DNA of 59,017 nt, the filler included, from Sphacelaria rigidula (taxonomy: Eukaryota): the NCBI GenBank assembly GCA_964200075.2. It is 6 parts of 6 records of this genome, joined end to end, with 100 filler letters (N's around TTAATTAATTAA, not from the genome) between each part and the next. Parts side by side here need not be neighbours in the genome. Positions count along the whole stretch, not along the records: positions 9,855 to 19,607 come from CAXNAA020007836.1; positions 19,708 to 29,460 come from CAXNAA020007837.1; 4 more parts are not named here. One strand, 5' to 3'. The stretch's first letter is position 1. Every line of letters begins with the position of its first letter. Made by a program: the position numbers and the translations under genes. Positions 13,837-27,559 of this stretch are shown one piece after another. Below the pieces are notes generated by a model that saw only the letters and a list, made by a program, of their open reading frames with translations, was not told the origin of the DNA and made no database searches.

Positions 13837-16800
13837 TAGGCTCGGGACCCTACCCTCCTTCAATGCACAGCAGCCTTGTAAACTTGCGCCACCAACAATC
13901 ACAACAGCAACAACAACAACACCACGAACATCAAGGAAATAACTTTCTATCCAGCAGCAGCGGCGGACGTGGTGTAGGTGCTATTACAGCTGCAGCGGCG
14001 GCGGCGGCGGCAGCTCACCATCATCGTCAGCAGCATTCTCAACAAAACATGGGACTCATGGGTTCGGCGAGTGCCACTACGGCTGCCACCGCACCCGGAA
14101 TGAGTACTCGAGGTGGAGGGAGCAGAGTCTCGGGCGCGACGAAGAGAACGTACAACCACTCCGGCTCCGGCCCCGAAACCGCAGTGGCCAGGCAATGCGA
14201 GAGGGAAGGGTGCAATGTGCAACCGTCGTATGGGACGGTTTGGAAAAAGGTGTGCAACATTGGTGGGCGTTGTCATCCTGTTTCGTGCCGACAGGAGGCC
14301 ATGGATCCAGAGTGTGTTGAATTTGTTTTGAGTTTTGATTATTTGTGAGCGGTGTACGGTCTGCTACATGCAGCAGAAGTTACCACGGTCTGTAGACTGT
14401 TTTTGTTGCTGTTGTGCATGCCCACCGCTCCGCGTTTTACTATTGTTGTTGCCGATGTTGCTTGGCGCAGCCGTGTGTCGTATTGCGTTGTGGATTGCGT
14501 TTTTGCGTGCCGCGCGTGGAGATACATATCTTTTGTTTGCTTCGTTCATCATGTCGTGAACTGTGTTGACATCATGCACGACGCCGTGCAGCCAGACTTC
14601 TGTGCGCAGTGCTTTCTGTATTGTACGCACACAACATGTAACAGCAACTGCTTTCCTGTTCTTGCCATTCGCGCGGTCTATCAACAAGAATGAAAGCCAG
14701 CCATCGCAGCAATATATCGAGTGGGGGAATGCATATAGACAACGTAGCACACGGTGGCGCAGCTCTCACACGCAAACGCAGCCTTACCCGTATACATATA
14801 CCCACAAACATCCCGATCGCGCAAACGCAAACAACAGAATCTGAGATATACAACACAACATAGGCAGAACTGGAAATCATGCCAGTTGCCGCCGACAGGG
14901 GTACGAAGCCTCCTCTTTATTGTACATATTTTTTGTTGAAACGATGTTGACGAGTGAGGAGATACAAAACCAATACGCACATAGCCGCGGTATCCTGCCC
15001 TCAACTCCCACGTGGCGGCTGGCACGTGCGCGCGCCCCTAGACTGGATACCATCAATAGCTTGTTTTGCGTTTCTTGTCATGGCGAAGGCAGCTTGTGTG
15101 CTATTGAAGCGCCACCTACATGCAACAGCTGTGGAAGCATCGAAGAAAGCGTAGCTGTTCCAGCAGCTATTATGCCACAGCACGAAAACTAGACTTGTTG
15201 AAGACATGGTGCTGTTCTTCTAGTTTTTACCGACTGCGGCGGGGTTACAGGAAGCACGAAGTTTAAAACGCTGAACGGCAGATGAGATTCGTACGAACCG
15301 ATGCGGGGAGGAGGGTAGCAAACTTCATACAACAGTAGCGGAAAGTATTTTGGATGACTCCACCCTTCGTTTGGCCATGTTTGTTTTGGCGAGCAGACAC
15401 ACAAAGGGCGAAACCCACGACCCTGCATCCTCTGCGTAGCAAGCTACGAGCCAAAAAACGACCTTCCAAAACAAAAGTGAAGACGTTTTTGTCTTTCGTG
15501 TCGTTTTTTATGCATTGCGGATCTTCATTATCAACAAGTGAAACAGTTGATGCCTCGCATGACTGGTTACTGTGGTGTATCTGGTTGTTGTCATGTGCGT
15601 ATACTGACGCCCTGACAGTCATCAACATAGGACTTTCTGTGCGCGCTTCTTGTTTCCATACGTACTTGTGGTGGGTCTTGCAAACAAAACAGGCACACGC
15701 CTCTTATACAACGACACTACATTCAAGTATACTGTAGTACAGTACAATACGAATACAGTGCTAGTACGTACATATGTTCAGTCAGCTCAATTTTGTTGAA
15801 AGACACGTGGAAGCGGGGTGGGAGATGAACCACCCCAGCAAAATCAGTGGCACAATACAGTTCAACGGGCACAACGGTGTATTGATTGATTATCTCACGT
15901 TTGTAGTCAACTCAAGAAATATGTGCTGTACACTGGTGCAATCTAAACGCGAGTTCTCTCTCAAAACTACGAGGACGGAGTTTCAAAACAATTTGTTTTC
16001 GTGGAATGCTTCGAAATCATGACGAAATGTGAGATAATCAGGTCCCAGTTGGCAGGTCACCGAGCTTGCTTCAAACTACGGAACCGCCATCGAATGAATA
16101 TCCGACATCAAATGAGTATCCGCCACGAGGTCACACATGGTGACGTTCAGAGCTCCTTGAAGCCGTCTCAGGCCGCTTCCCGCGTTTCAAATGCCCGCTC
16201 ACCTCAAGCAAGGGCGCGCGAACAATAAATTCTTCCCTTTGTCATTTCTTTAATTACTCCGAAGTTTGTCCTTGTATCATGATGCACTCTGGGCAAGCCA
16301 GGGTGGATACTGCAGTCTGTTGACTCGGCAATACGGTAACCCAGGTGATCTAGTTCTGGCGGTCAAAGGGTAAAGCGTGTTTGTTAGCAAGTCGGAGGTC
16401 GGACACACACTGTATCGCTCTTGCTTTGTACCGACGAATAGCCAGTCCTGTTGTGTATTCAAATTGCTACAGCGGGTTGCGATCCTGTATTATAGTAGAT
16501 GGGCTGCATCACGTCAGGTAGTACAACTCCAGTGTAGGTGGCTATGCTGTACACGGATTTCGCCTGTGGGGATAAATACCGCAAAAACCTTGAAAATATT
16601 CAAGATGGATGTATGGAGTACAGTACAGTAGTGATGACCACATGATCCTAAGAAACAATGCTCGTGTTTTGGTCCACCACCCTCGCTTCACGCATTAGTT
16701 ACCCACTGTGTCGTGTCTGCGTTGTTGTGTGTATTGTCGGTGGCAGCGTTGGTTGGTTAACGCCTAGTCTGAGTAAGAATATATACTTCGAAGTATATCA

Positions 16801-17919
16801 TATCACTGTATCGATATCGTTAGTTAGCTGGACGGCAACAGCACCAAATTCGTCCATCTGCACCACCCCTCTTTGTCCGAACCTATGTTCAGGGTGACCG
16901 GTTATCAGCCACGGTGCCTCTACCGACTGCAATTATCGTCATAAAGAGTAAAATAATATACACAAACCCAAATATATAGATAAATATATAGATACTTCGT
17001 ACGAGGTAGATATTTTAGATCGATATAGAGATGTTGAGAAGAAAAACACGCGACACACGCTGCAGTAGCCAAGTAGAGAATACCAAGAGCGGCAAAGGAG
17101 AGCGGTGTAACAACTTTTTAAGCATACATTCATCATGAATAGACGGAGGCCGCGGTTCACGCCATCCTCAAAGACTCGGTATGTTCACGTAGATGGGCTA
17201 TTATTCTAGTGAGTGGATCAGCGCGTTATGCAAATCATGTGTCTACTTGGCTGACTCCGCCCATCGGCATGTATGAATCATGGTCTATTTCGCGAGTTGC
17301 GGGTTGCTGTGAGGATACATCATGCATTATTGTCGACATCGCCCTATTATTATGCGCCAGTCGTTTGGACCCTCGCGTAAAATCAACTACGACAGCGGTA
17401 CTTACTAAACAAACATTGGAAAAAATACATATCTCGTCACAAGTGGATGTGGCCCGAGGTACTGTCATGATTATTTCTGCATTTGTTCAGTTAGTTGAAC
17501 GTCGGATGGATGAGCTTCTGGTATCCAGTTATTGTTGCTCCCGGTACTTGTGCACCCAATAAATAAAGCACGCGAGGGCGAGTGGATGGTATTGCTACCG
17601 TATGCATCCAGAACAAGCAGTTCCCAAATTGTGCACCCGTTTTTCCCTCAACCCTTTCACCGAGGCGGATCATCAGTTAAATCGACATAATTCCCCACGT
17701 TGAAAGTAAGCGGAGGACTCAGATGACCTGTCCTGGCGGTCAAAGGGTCATCCTTTGACTGCCAAGGTGTTTCAGGCTCTTAACTGCAGGAGTATTCGAG
17801 CATTAAAATCAAGCACAAACACATGGCGTTGGCCCTCCCATAGATTCACCGGCCACGTCGTAGTCCAAGAAATGTCTTGATCGTGACCACGTAGGTGACA
17901 GAAAAACGACAACGATTTC

Positions 17920-17966
<47 letters not shown>

Positions 17967-19119
17967 TGTTGCTCCTGCTCATCAGGTGGACATCAATTCT
18001 TCAACGACTACCGTACTATTCATGGAGCTCGTATGATTCAACATCGCCGCACATCCATAAGTTGATGTTGACGTGGCAGAGGAGAACGAATATCATCGCC
18101 ATGACCTGCCAGCTCACGCACAAAAAGGCCCGGGCGACCCTAAAACATACCAAACAATCCGGCTGTATAAGAACGATACTTCTCCTTCGGCGCATGGTAA
18201 TAGCTATACCACAACTGTTTTTACGTGATCAGTGACCAGCCTCTGCCGTGAACTGCCGATGTAGGACTAGCGCATCCGCTACTAAAATGGTGCGTGGGGG
18301 CACATATATATATCAGCCGGCCGCCATTCGTGGCTAAACGATACTGGACAAAGTTGATGAAAAGAAGGGGATATATGCCAACGCTTGCGTGAAACACGCA
18401 CTCGCACACGCGCACACGCACACACGTGCACACAATTGCCTCCAACCGCAATGTTATCAAGCCTGCTGCCATGCATGTCCACTTGTCTTGGTTGCACGTC
18501 GATATGTAACGTCGATATAAAGTACACAGGTGATGTTTTACCGTCGTTATCGTGAAATCACAAACAAGAGTGGCGGCCACACACCCACTCACTTCACCCG
18601 TGGAGAAAGGCAGTAAAGCAAAACGTCCTGTACGATAACAGGCAGTCACCCCCCAGATATCCTGAGTACTTCCAGTCATTACTCGCCCCTACAGTACACG
18701 CTCCGCGCAACACAAGAAGCACCGCTGCTTGTAGAAACGCAAGCATACACCGCTGCCAAAGCCATGGCATTTGTGCAAAAAGACGACACAGTTCTGACGT
18801 TTCATTTCAATTTTCATCTTCACTCGCTCTGCCCAGCCATTGAAGAGACGAGCCGCATTTCGAATTAATTCTGCTGCATACATCAGACTCACCCCCCCCC
18901 CTCCCCGTCCCTCCGCCTTTCCCCCGCTACATGATGAAAAAACAACTAACAGCCGCGGTTCTGCGCCCGGCACAAGCTCCAGGGGATGATGGACGTGCGG
19001 AATCGTCGGTGCGAGCACGTCGGTTGTACCCGACAGCCGTCCTACGGCCAAGAGGGTCAGCGGCGGCAATTCTGTTTTACTCACAAGCGCCCAGGAGACG
19101 TCGACGTCAAGTCCACAAG
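13599..19119 (+). CDS. EsV-1-7 cysteine-rich repeat protein with polyQ/H/A N-terminus (exons 13599-14249 and 18953-19119; 3' end off the contig)
   Basis: Exon 1 ends RQCEREGCNVQPSYGTVWKK|GT. Exon 2 follows CTAACAG and reads PRFCARHKLQGMMDVRNRRCEHVGCTRQPSYGQEGQRRQFCFTHKRPGDVDVKST, which matches the C-x4-C-x3-PSYG...FC-x2-HK repeat of the EsV-1-7 family. A TATA-like CTATAAAA lies at about 13453. Confidence 0.88.
17921..17965 (+). repeat. (GT)n microsatellite
   Basis: Direct read of the sequence. Confidence 0.95.
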
Positions 19120-22100
19120 GTGTGTGTGCCGCACGTATTTACGAAGCGGATGATCGGTGCCGTGGACGGCTTTCCTGCTCGTCGTCCGGACCGGTCGGAA
19201 ATGCGCGAAGAAATATTTCGCCGGTCGAGTCCAGTTCTCATGTATCTACTGTCTAAGGCCTTGCCCTCCTGCCCCCCCGCCTGTGCGTTGATATCGTTAT
19301 TGGGTGTACAGCGCGCTCGCAATTGTGAAAAGCAATACTAATCTGGGTCTGTACCCCGCAGGTTCTGGAACGATACATTCTGTACATGAGTAGCCTTTGC
19401 CGTGGGCAGGCGGCGGGTTGTGCCCGCTATCGATAAAACGAAGCGTACTCTTGAGACTCAAGTGGAAGGAAATGCTATTGAAATAGTTTCACCATGCTTA
19501 GAATATCAAGATTAATCATTCTACGATACCCCCCCCCCCAAAAAAAAAAACGTCACGAAGAAAATAGTCATCCAACGCCTGATGTTTGGGTTCAGGCTTC
19601 ATGAAATNNNNNNNNNNNNNNNNNNNNNNNNNNNNNNNNNNNNNNNNNNNNTTAATTAATTAANNNNNNNNNNNNNNNNNNNNNNNNNNNNNNNNNNNNN
19701 NNNNNNNCAATGGTCAAACGACTAAGGCAAGCAACAAATGAGTACGCCCCCCCCCCACCCCCCACCCCTGTGCTTGGGGCGTGACCGGATTGTAATAACC
19801 CATCCCTCCTGCGGTGTTTTGTCGGATATTCTGAGCACGAGGATTAAATTAGCCCTCTCGCGCACCATCGACTCTCGGTAATTTGCATTTTGCTACTCGC
19901 GTCCTTACGCTTCCAACGACGGAAATCACTTTCTTCTACAAAAGCCCATGTCTGTTGGGATAGGTAACCCGTAACTTTGCGGTCTACTGACTAGCACTGT
20001 AACCAGCTGGACCGCCGGGGCGCGGCGGGAAGAATGTGGTGCCACAAGTGGTAGTAAGGGGTGAGCTGATATGTGAGCACGAGGTGTGAACGCCAAACCG
20101 AACTCAGAACCGAATATGAGGAAGGGAGGGCTTTTGGGATCAGGGGCGCGGGTTCTTGTGACAAGATTACTTTCTTAACTCCAACTTGTTCAGATGCCCA
20201 TACCATTGCTACACCCAGGGTTTTGCAGACGCGGCAGGTCGGTCACTTTTCTGTTTTTTGTTGCTGCTCCCTCTCCCTCGTGGTCGTTCTCTCATTTTCT
20301 TCCCATCTTGGTGTGCGTCTGCCTGCTTTCACGCGCTTGCTCAACCCAGTGGGGATCGAAAACATGCTGTGCACAATGCGCCCTGCACTTCATCTGACAA
20401 CTAACCAACTAGCTCCCGTGCGCCGTCGCTCAAAAACTGAACTTTGAGGATCGGAACGCGTGGCGAAAACTAACGGCTGAACACCGCAGGCGCGCACTGT
20501 ATTCCTTCACGGCCGTCTCAAGGTGTGTGTGTGTGTGTTTGTGTCTACATCTCCTGGGTTTCAAAGCATCGAACTGGATGCTACGATTGACAGTTGATGC
20601 ATATTACACCAAAACATCCTCGACCCTTTGGGCGTAAGACCACATTTCGGATTAGCTTTTCAGGCTGTCCTTCACTGCCTGCTAATCCGGCGCTGCAGGC
20701 AAGAAGCTCGTTCCCTGGTCGGTGGTACCACCCTTAACGCGGGCATAAACACGTCGTCAGTCCTTGATCCCTACCCTGTGGCTTCTATAACATGGCGTGC
20801 TTATGGCTGACGGCGAAGCAGTTGCCTAATTTTTAGATGTTTCTAGCCGTAATATGGTGTCCTATCCGGTATCCATTGCCTAGTGAGCCTATCAAATACT
20901 GAAAAAGGACAAGAAGATCATCCATCAGTTCGGGGTTGCTTATCGATCGGTACAACGGTTAAGCACAGCTCCGCGTGAGTAGAGCAACCGATTGTATTCA
21001 GCACGGTCGTGCCTACACAGTAGTACTGTAGCAGCAGCTGTGTACCACGCATCCTCGAGAAAAAACACTGCCTTATCCAGAGGCAAAACACGGCACATAA
21101 CTCCGCTGCGTATAATCACTTGTTATACTACATCCTTTTGTGAGCGCCCACCGTGTTCACCAGCTCAATCGGAATCATCCTCACTTGATAGAGAATGACT
21201 TGTCAGTCATAGCTTCGGCAATGCCAGCTCAATTTTCCAGGTCAAATGCTATCGCATACTTGTTTTTGGAACTCGTACTCAGCTCTCAGCCTGACGTTCC
21301 TGTCGTTGTACTCATAAATATTTTCTTTCTTTTCTTCTCATTTTGCCTTTCCCTCAAGGCTTTTTCAGCCAGCGTTTCCCTGCTTTCACCTTGGGTACTG
21401 CACGCCTATTCAAGTCACAACGGTCAGATGCGTAGTGTACCATCTATAATGAAACAGTCATTAATCGGCTGTGTCTGACTCGAGGCATAAAAAATAGCAT
21501 TATACAATCAAGTTCGCCCCTGATTGGCCGCGGCGACACCACTGCCTTGAAAAAAAAGGCGAACATGATTTCTAGTATCGGGAACGTGATGTCTGAAAAG
21601 TTCTCCCGAAGCTGTTTTCACGATCATTCGGGTTGTTCCGAGAAACCACGGTCCTCGCAGGGGAACATGGAAGTGCGGCGCAACCGCTGTACTGTACCAC
21701 GGACACCTCAAACACTCGCGCCGGATCACGCCACTACTGTACAAAGAAAAGTATGCACAGCGCATACGCCATTTTCAGCGAGAGTAGAGAGCGGCCGACA
21801 TTGTGTTTGTGCGTGTGTGTGACATATTGTAGGATCTGAGGCAAAGCCACGCCGGAGAGGCAAGAGGAAGACACCTAACAAAATATGGGGGGAACAAAAA
21901 TCGCTCTCAACGGACTATTACCGCCTGCCGCGCCTGCCCTTTCATCCTCACTGATAACTCCCGTTGCGCCGGAACCCTGGTGGTGGAGCTCCGAAACAAC
22001 CTGATTATTTTGGTAGAGCGAACTGTAGTGCATTGACTGCTGTACCGCCGTCTAGGGGTGTCAAGCATCTCAAAGTTCACTGACTCGTCCGCCGCGTTCC

Positions 22101-22304
22101 ACTTCGGTGCATGACTCATTAATTTGCTGAAGGTTGTTATTTGGGGGGCAGTTCCCGCGGTATGCGGACTTCTCGGTAACTAACTCTCAAAGTGGTCGTT
22201 GTGGGTTGAATCAGACACTACAAAATATTTCTGGAGCGCACTTTTTTGGTCTCGATAAGATACGATCTCAACCAACCAACCACCCAACCACCCACCCAAC
22301 CAAC

Positions 22305-22861
22305 CAAGGTTGTGTTCTGTAGGGTACGGGTATGTTCTGTAGGGTATGGGATTCCTTACAGAACTTACACAAGTATCGGGTACCAGCGTGAAAGTCTTAG
22401 ATAAATTACAAGACTGTCGGGTACCGGTTTGAAAGTCTTGCAGAAATTACAGAACTTGTCGGGTACGGCATGAGAGGCTTACAGAAAACCGCACTGGCCA
22501 CCAAATATTTCTTCAAGGGCATACCTGTGCCCCGGGTACGGGCATACATCATGTACAGAACTCACAGAACTATCGGGTGAGGGTATAGAAGGCGAACAAA
22601 ACTCACACGAACTGTCGGGCGGGGAATGTAGGCTGCACAGAAAACCGTACCCGCAACCGGGTATCTTATCAAGAGCATACCCGGGCCCCCGGTAACGGTA
22701 CGGGAGGCTTCCAGAATTCACAGAACTATCGGATAAGGGTACAAAAGTCTCACAGAGTTTATAGAACTGTCGGGTACCGGTACGAAAGTGTCGCGTACGG
22801 TAAATACCCGTGAAAATACCCGGTGTATATAGAAAACCATACCCTGCAGAACACAACCTTG
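22305..22861. mobile_element. MITE-like element with TIRs and internal degenerate tandem repeats, inserted in a (CAAC)n microsatellite
   Basis: The termini CAAGGTTGTGTTCTGTAGGGTA and TACCCTGCAGAACACAACCTTG are inverted copies. Internal units ACAGAACT..TCGGGTACCGG recur, and CAAC repeats lie on both flanks. Confidence 0.75.
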
Positions 22862-22985
22862 CAACCAACCACTTCACCAACCAACCAAGCAACATGGCCT
22901 GACTGTGTCAAGAGGACATTCTCAACGACCTCACCTGCTCCTACGCCCTTTCATCTCCGACGAGACCCCCCCCTCTCTATCTCAC

Positions 22986-23255
22986 CTCCAGGAGGGTGTC
23001 CCGCGGACCAAGTTCCGCTAGTCCCGACAGCCGCTTCCCGGCCCCAGCCTTCCAAAACACAGTGCCGTGCTGCTGGCCGCTGACGGACACGGCCCGCACT
23101 CGAGAGAGTAGCGACCGTCCCCACGATTTTTCGGAGTCTGCTTGTGCCATCGTCGTTGTTGATGGGGGTGATGGCGTGGATTTGGCAGCCAGCCGGGAGA
23201 AGGCCATGTCTATGGCGTCCAGCCACATGGTTACAGGGGATGTAACCACGGCGTT
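22986..23255 (-). CDS. Isolated putative internal exon (90 codons) of an unidentified gene
   Basis: A polypyrimidine tract with CACAG acceptor and a GAG|GTGAGA donor bound an open 270-nt frame (NAVVTSPVTMWLDAIDMAFSRLAAKS...LGPRDTLLE). No partner exons were recognised. Confidence 0.5.
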
Positions 23256-23762
23256 CTGTGGTTTGTCGGCGGCGAACGGGGAGAGTGGGGGGAGGGGGGA
23301 CGTGCGAAGCAAAAACACAAAAATATGAAACGGGTGTTGGGTGCGTCCTCTACAGACACTTTTACCAACACTTGCGTGAGAGTTGACAGATATCGCGGTG
23401 GTTTGACATGAACTGTTCAAACCGGGGATGTTGTGCGTTAACTGACCAGCGTGTTCGTCGCCGCTTGTTGAAAGAGTGCTGCGGTAGATCCTTTACAGAC
23501 TCCCGTGATAGCTCAATCTCTTGCTATGCATGGGGGTAGTCTTTACATTAGGAGCACCTTAGTATGCTCCAAGGGGTGGTTGGATGGTTCGATCACCATC
23601 TTCAAGTCGGAGCGAACAGAGGTCGAACAAGGGTGACAGGGGTGGACGGTAGGTTGAACGTATCGGATGACTTGACTTTTGATAAATATCTTTAGTCCAT
23701 GAGGGAGGGAACGAGATGTATACACTGGCATGATAAACGTGGTCGATAAACAATCTACAGTG

Positions 23763-23796
23763 AATAGTGGCAGTGGCAGTAATAGTAGTAGTAATA

Positions 23797-23842
<46 letters not shown>

Positions 23843-23895
23843 CAGCAGTAGCAGTAGCAGTAGCAGCAGCAGTAGCAGTAGCAGCAGTAGTAGTA
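23763..23895 (+). repeat. (AGT/AGC)n microsatellite
   Basis: Direct read of the sequence. Confidence 0.9.
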
Positions 23896-26872
23896 GGATG
23901 AGGAGGAGGAGCCCGTACTCGTATCTGATCAAAATACATACATGCAGGGCATATACGTTCGCAACTGCTTTCGAAGGAAAGCCTTGCTCACTTGTATATC
24001 AATACCGGCAATACAGTCCTGTCTGTACTGTTTACACGGTGTGCGTGTTTCGTCCAGAAGTATATGGAGAAGGGGGGCAAAGTGCAGTACAGACAACACA
24101 GGACTGCCCATAATCTCTTCGTACAAATGGATGTAAAAAACATTAGAACAGCGTGCAGTTTTGTACTGCCTGTACTGTCCATGATCGTGTTCGCAAGTCG
24201 GCCGCCCACCCTACCGCGCAATTCGGTCCCTGATGCCTACGATAAAAAAAAATGCTCATGTTCCCGCCGGCAAAAAATAAAGATATCATGCCTAGAGGGT
24301 GGTAGTGTCGGTTCCCTATTACTGATGTGGATGTACCCTGTGCTCAAATCGTGATCTATGCTACGGTTTGCGTTGGACTGTCGATAAACTTGTACGGGGA
24401 TTGCGATGTTCTATAAAAGGGTGGTATCCAGCGTGGTGGTCTGCAAGATAGGAGTCAAGTGCCCCTCCATTTTTTTGCGCTGCGTGTTTTCGATCGAAAG
24501 AGCTGAGCTTTTCTGCTTTTGACCCTGCCCGTCGCGCGTGAATAATTATAAAACGGACTTGAAGCCACGTGGGAACATGAATGCCGTGGACGTATCAGAT
24601 ACCAGCTAATTCGATCCCACCGCACGTTTTCGAATCGAAAACAGTTGATAAGACACGGCCTGAGTCACTTCACGCTACGATGCAAAGAAAACACCGTAGT
24701 ATAGTACACAACAGACTACGGTCGGCACACTGTACCAAAATAGTGCAGCAAAGTCACGAACAAAAAGCACAACAGTACTGTAGATAATGCGTCTTCACGG
24801 ACTGTACTGCGGGCCATCCTTGCGAATATCTCCAACGCAACGAGTGAACAGCCCCCTCCCTTGCTCCTCCTTTTCTAACGTTCCTGCAGGCGTCCGTGTC
24901 CTTCAGTATCCACCCACGCCTCCGAAAACTCATTTCCAAAAACTTGCGGGAGGTCAGCCAACACAACAAACAACGTTTTCGTGAGATTGAGAGTAGAGCG
25001 CTGATTGAGAGGGGCTTCGACCATTCGCTTTAACCTAGCCAATTCTTCGTTCCGTGTTTGCTCTTCTTTGCCTCCATCACTGGCGTGTGCTTACAGCTAC
25101 ACGTCGATATCCTACTCAGGGATATCAAGGGCCTCAGTGGCAAGCTACTACAGAAAGCATATCGGCCCTCGTGGAGGGGTATTTCGGATCTGAAACGATT
25201 CATTCACCAATTGACCGCTTCTCACTCTCAATCGTATCATTTACTCTCAATCGCACGAAAACGCTGTTAATATTGGAACCTGGAGACTTCATGAAAATGC
25301 CAACATTGAATACTGACAAATTGAGGTCAAACGGCGGCTGTGTCATGACACACCTATTTCCATAAACACGAGAGGCAATCGAGCATTTGTAAAGGAATCA
25401 ACGTACGAGAATCTCGCGCCATATTAAACCCCGGCTGGTGAACACATTTACTGTTTTTTTACCACCGCATCAGCATACATCGGTGTACGCTTGCTAACAC
25501 CACTACTAGAATGGACAAAGCCAACAATCGAATGCAGCCACTGTCTGTGGTCGGGCAAATCCTGGCTCTTCCGGGGCAGCGCCGGCACACACCTCGAGCA
25601 TGATTCGGTGTTTGGATTGTACGTCCAAAACGTTTTGGTTCTGGGCTGCATAATGAATCGTTTCTGCGTTTGTGTGCTTTTTAACCAACTGTCAGATCAA
25701 CTGTTCATGCTCCCGGAACTGACGACACGAAGGTGGTTTTTCCACAGTTTCGTGCGTTTATGCTTCATTTTTGCTGACGACAAACTTTCATGGCACGAAA
25801 CTGGAAAAGATGCTTCAGTTGCACGATCGGATAGCTCTTTTGCTTTCAAAAAGAACACACGAATCTGGGGGCCCATTTTTGGTACGAGAGCACAGAGGTC
25901 GCCCAAAAAAACGGAAACGTGCCAGCGCGCACAAGATAGCGCAAGCCAAGCCCTATTCAAGGTTGGAACGCTCATCAAACAAGGCCCAACCAGGTTGACC
26001 TTCGCCAGCGTATCCGCCCAACATGCATGGCCATGGATATGAGGGAGCGAGCAGCAGTCAAAACGCTCACGTCCCTCCTACTTGGGCAAGATAAATTTGG
26101 TCGTGCGAGCGGCCCGTTGGCCATGGTGCTGCTGGGACGCAAGCTGCTAGCTTATATACCTTCGAGGCTTCAGCGGTTAGCCTGCTGGTGTGGCCTCGGG
26201 GGTTTCAACGGTCCGATATTCACCTCGGCTCGTCTGCTGCGCCCAAGAACAGCAGCTGAACCAATTATATGTTTCTAAGCTCAACGCGTTTGCTGCAGTT
26301 CTTTTGATAAAACGATAAAACCATCTCTCCTTCGCCAAGGGCCAGCCAATACACGAGTGTACAACCGGTTGGGCAAGCACGGCTGGAGCAAGTGGAAGGC
26401 CTGTCACCACGAGGCCAATGTTGGAGTACAAGTAGAGCGCACCCAAGTGGAGTTATTGCTCAGGAGTGGGTGGTTCGAGAGGAGGAGTGATCCGGGTGGG
26501 CGCTGTACACCGGTGGCAACTACTGGGCTGTTGCCATCTTCACACACACATGGCTGTCAAGACCCGCATGTCAGTCCGATCCCCTCGCATCTACGCAGAT
26601 CCCACTTACTGCACCTTCTCACAGGAGCACTCACTCCTCCTGATATGGTACAACACTGACGAGACCTCTCTAAGGAAAATACAAGAACAAATGGGGGAAA
26701 ACTCGGCCTTCCGAGCACAAGCTCCCTTCCTTCAAACGGCGTTGCAGATGGTGATGGTGTAGACGACACCGTCCCTGGATCGCTGATGAGACCTTGAACA
26801 GGTCTCTGTGAAACCACCCCGGCTTCTCCACCCCCCCCGCTACCAACGAGTATTTGCGGCGTGGCCCTTGCC

Positions 26873-27531
26873 CCCCCCACCCTCGGAAGTGGATGGAGTA
26901 GTCGACGCGCGTTGATAACCGCTGGGCGAAGCGCTGATCCGGCAATAGCCACGGCGGCCTCTTGCCTGGCTATGATGTACTGTACCAACAGCTTGCTGTG
27001 GCGATTGTGTTGTCCCGACTCCCCTGCTGAGGGAGCCGTCCCTCCGGTGCTGTTGTTTGCTTTCACACCCCCGGACTCTCGTGTTCCCAGTTTACGGTTT
27101 ACTTAATTAAGTAAACCGTAAACTGGGAACACGAGAGTCCGGGGATGTGAAAGCAAACAACAGCACCAGAGGGACGGCTCCCTCAGCTATTAAGTAAACG
27201 GTAAACTGGGAATACGAGAGTCCGGGGGTGTGAAAGCGAACAACAGCACCAGGGGGACGGCTCCCTCAGCAGGGGAGTCGGGACAACACAATCGCCACAG
27301 CAAGTAAACGGTAAACTGGAGACACGAGCGTCCGGGGGTGTAAAAGAGAACAACATCCAGAGTGACGGCTCCCTCAGTAGGGGAGTCGGAACAACACAAT
27401 CGCCACAGCAAGCTGTTGGTACAGTACATCATAGCCAGGCAGGAGGCCACCGTAGCTATTGCCGGATCAGCGCTTCGCCCAGCGGTTATCAACGCGCGTC
27501 GACCACACCATCCACTTCCGAGGGTGGGGGG
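26873..27531. repeat. Large palindrome centred on TTAATTAA (27103-27110) with a triplicated right-arm start
   Basis: The centre CCCAGTTTACGGTTTAC-TTAATTAA-GTAAACCGTAAACTGGG is perfectly symmetric. The right side restarts at about 27192 and 27302, and the last copy mirrors the left arm back to about 26873. Confidence 0.85.
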
Positions 27532-27559
27532 AGCAACAGCCTGTTTTGATCGCATACCT

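Noticed and set aside
20450-20850. Possible minus-strand LINE remnant similar to 51420-51900
   Set aside because: The similarity is too weak to confirm by eye.
22320-22800. Regularly recurring motif resembling a CRISPR array
   Set aside because: The context is eukaryotic, the units are degenerate with no unique spacers, no cas genes are present, and the motif lies inside a TIR element.
23543-24113. Poly-Leu, poly-Thr and poly-Ser ORFs
   Set aside because: They are translations of the (AGT/AGC)n microsatellite.
25450-26760. Possible highly decayed copia pol remnants
   Set aside because: The motif resemblance is faint and no intact RT or RNase H motif can be quoted.
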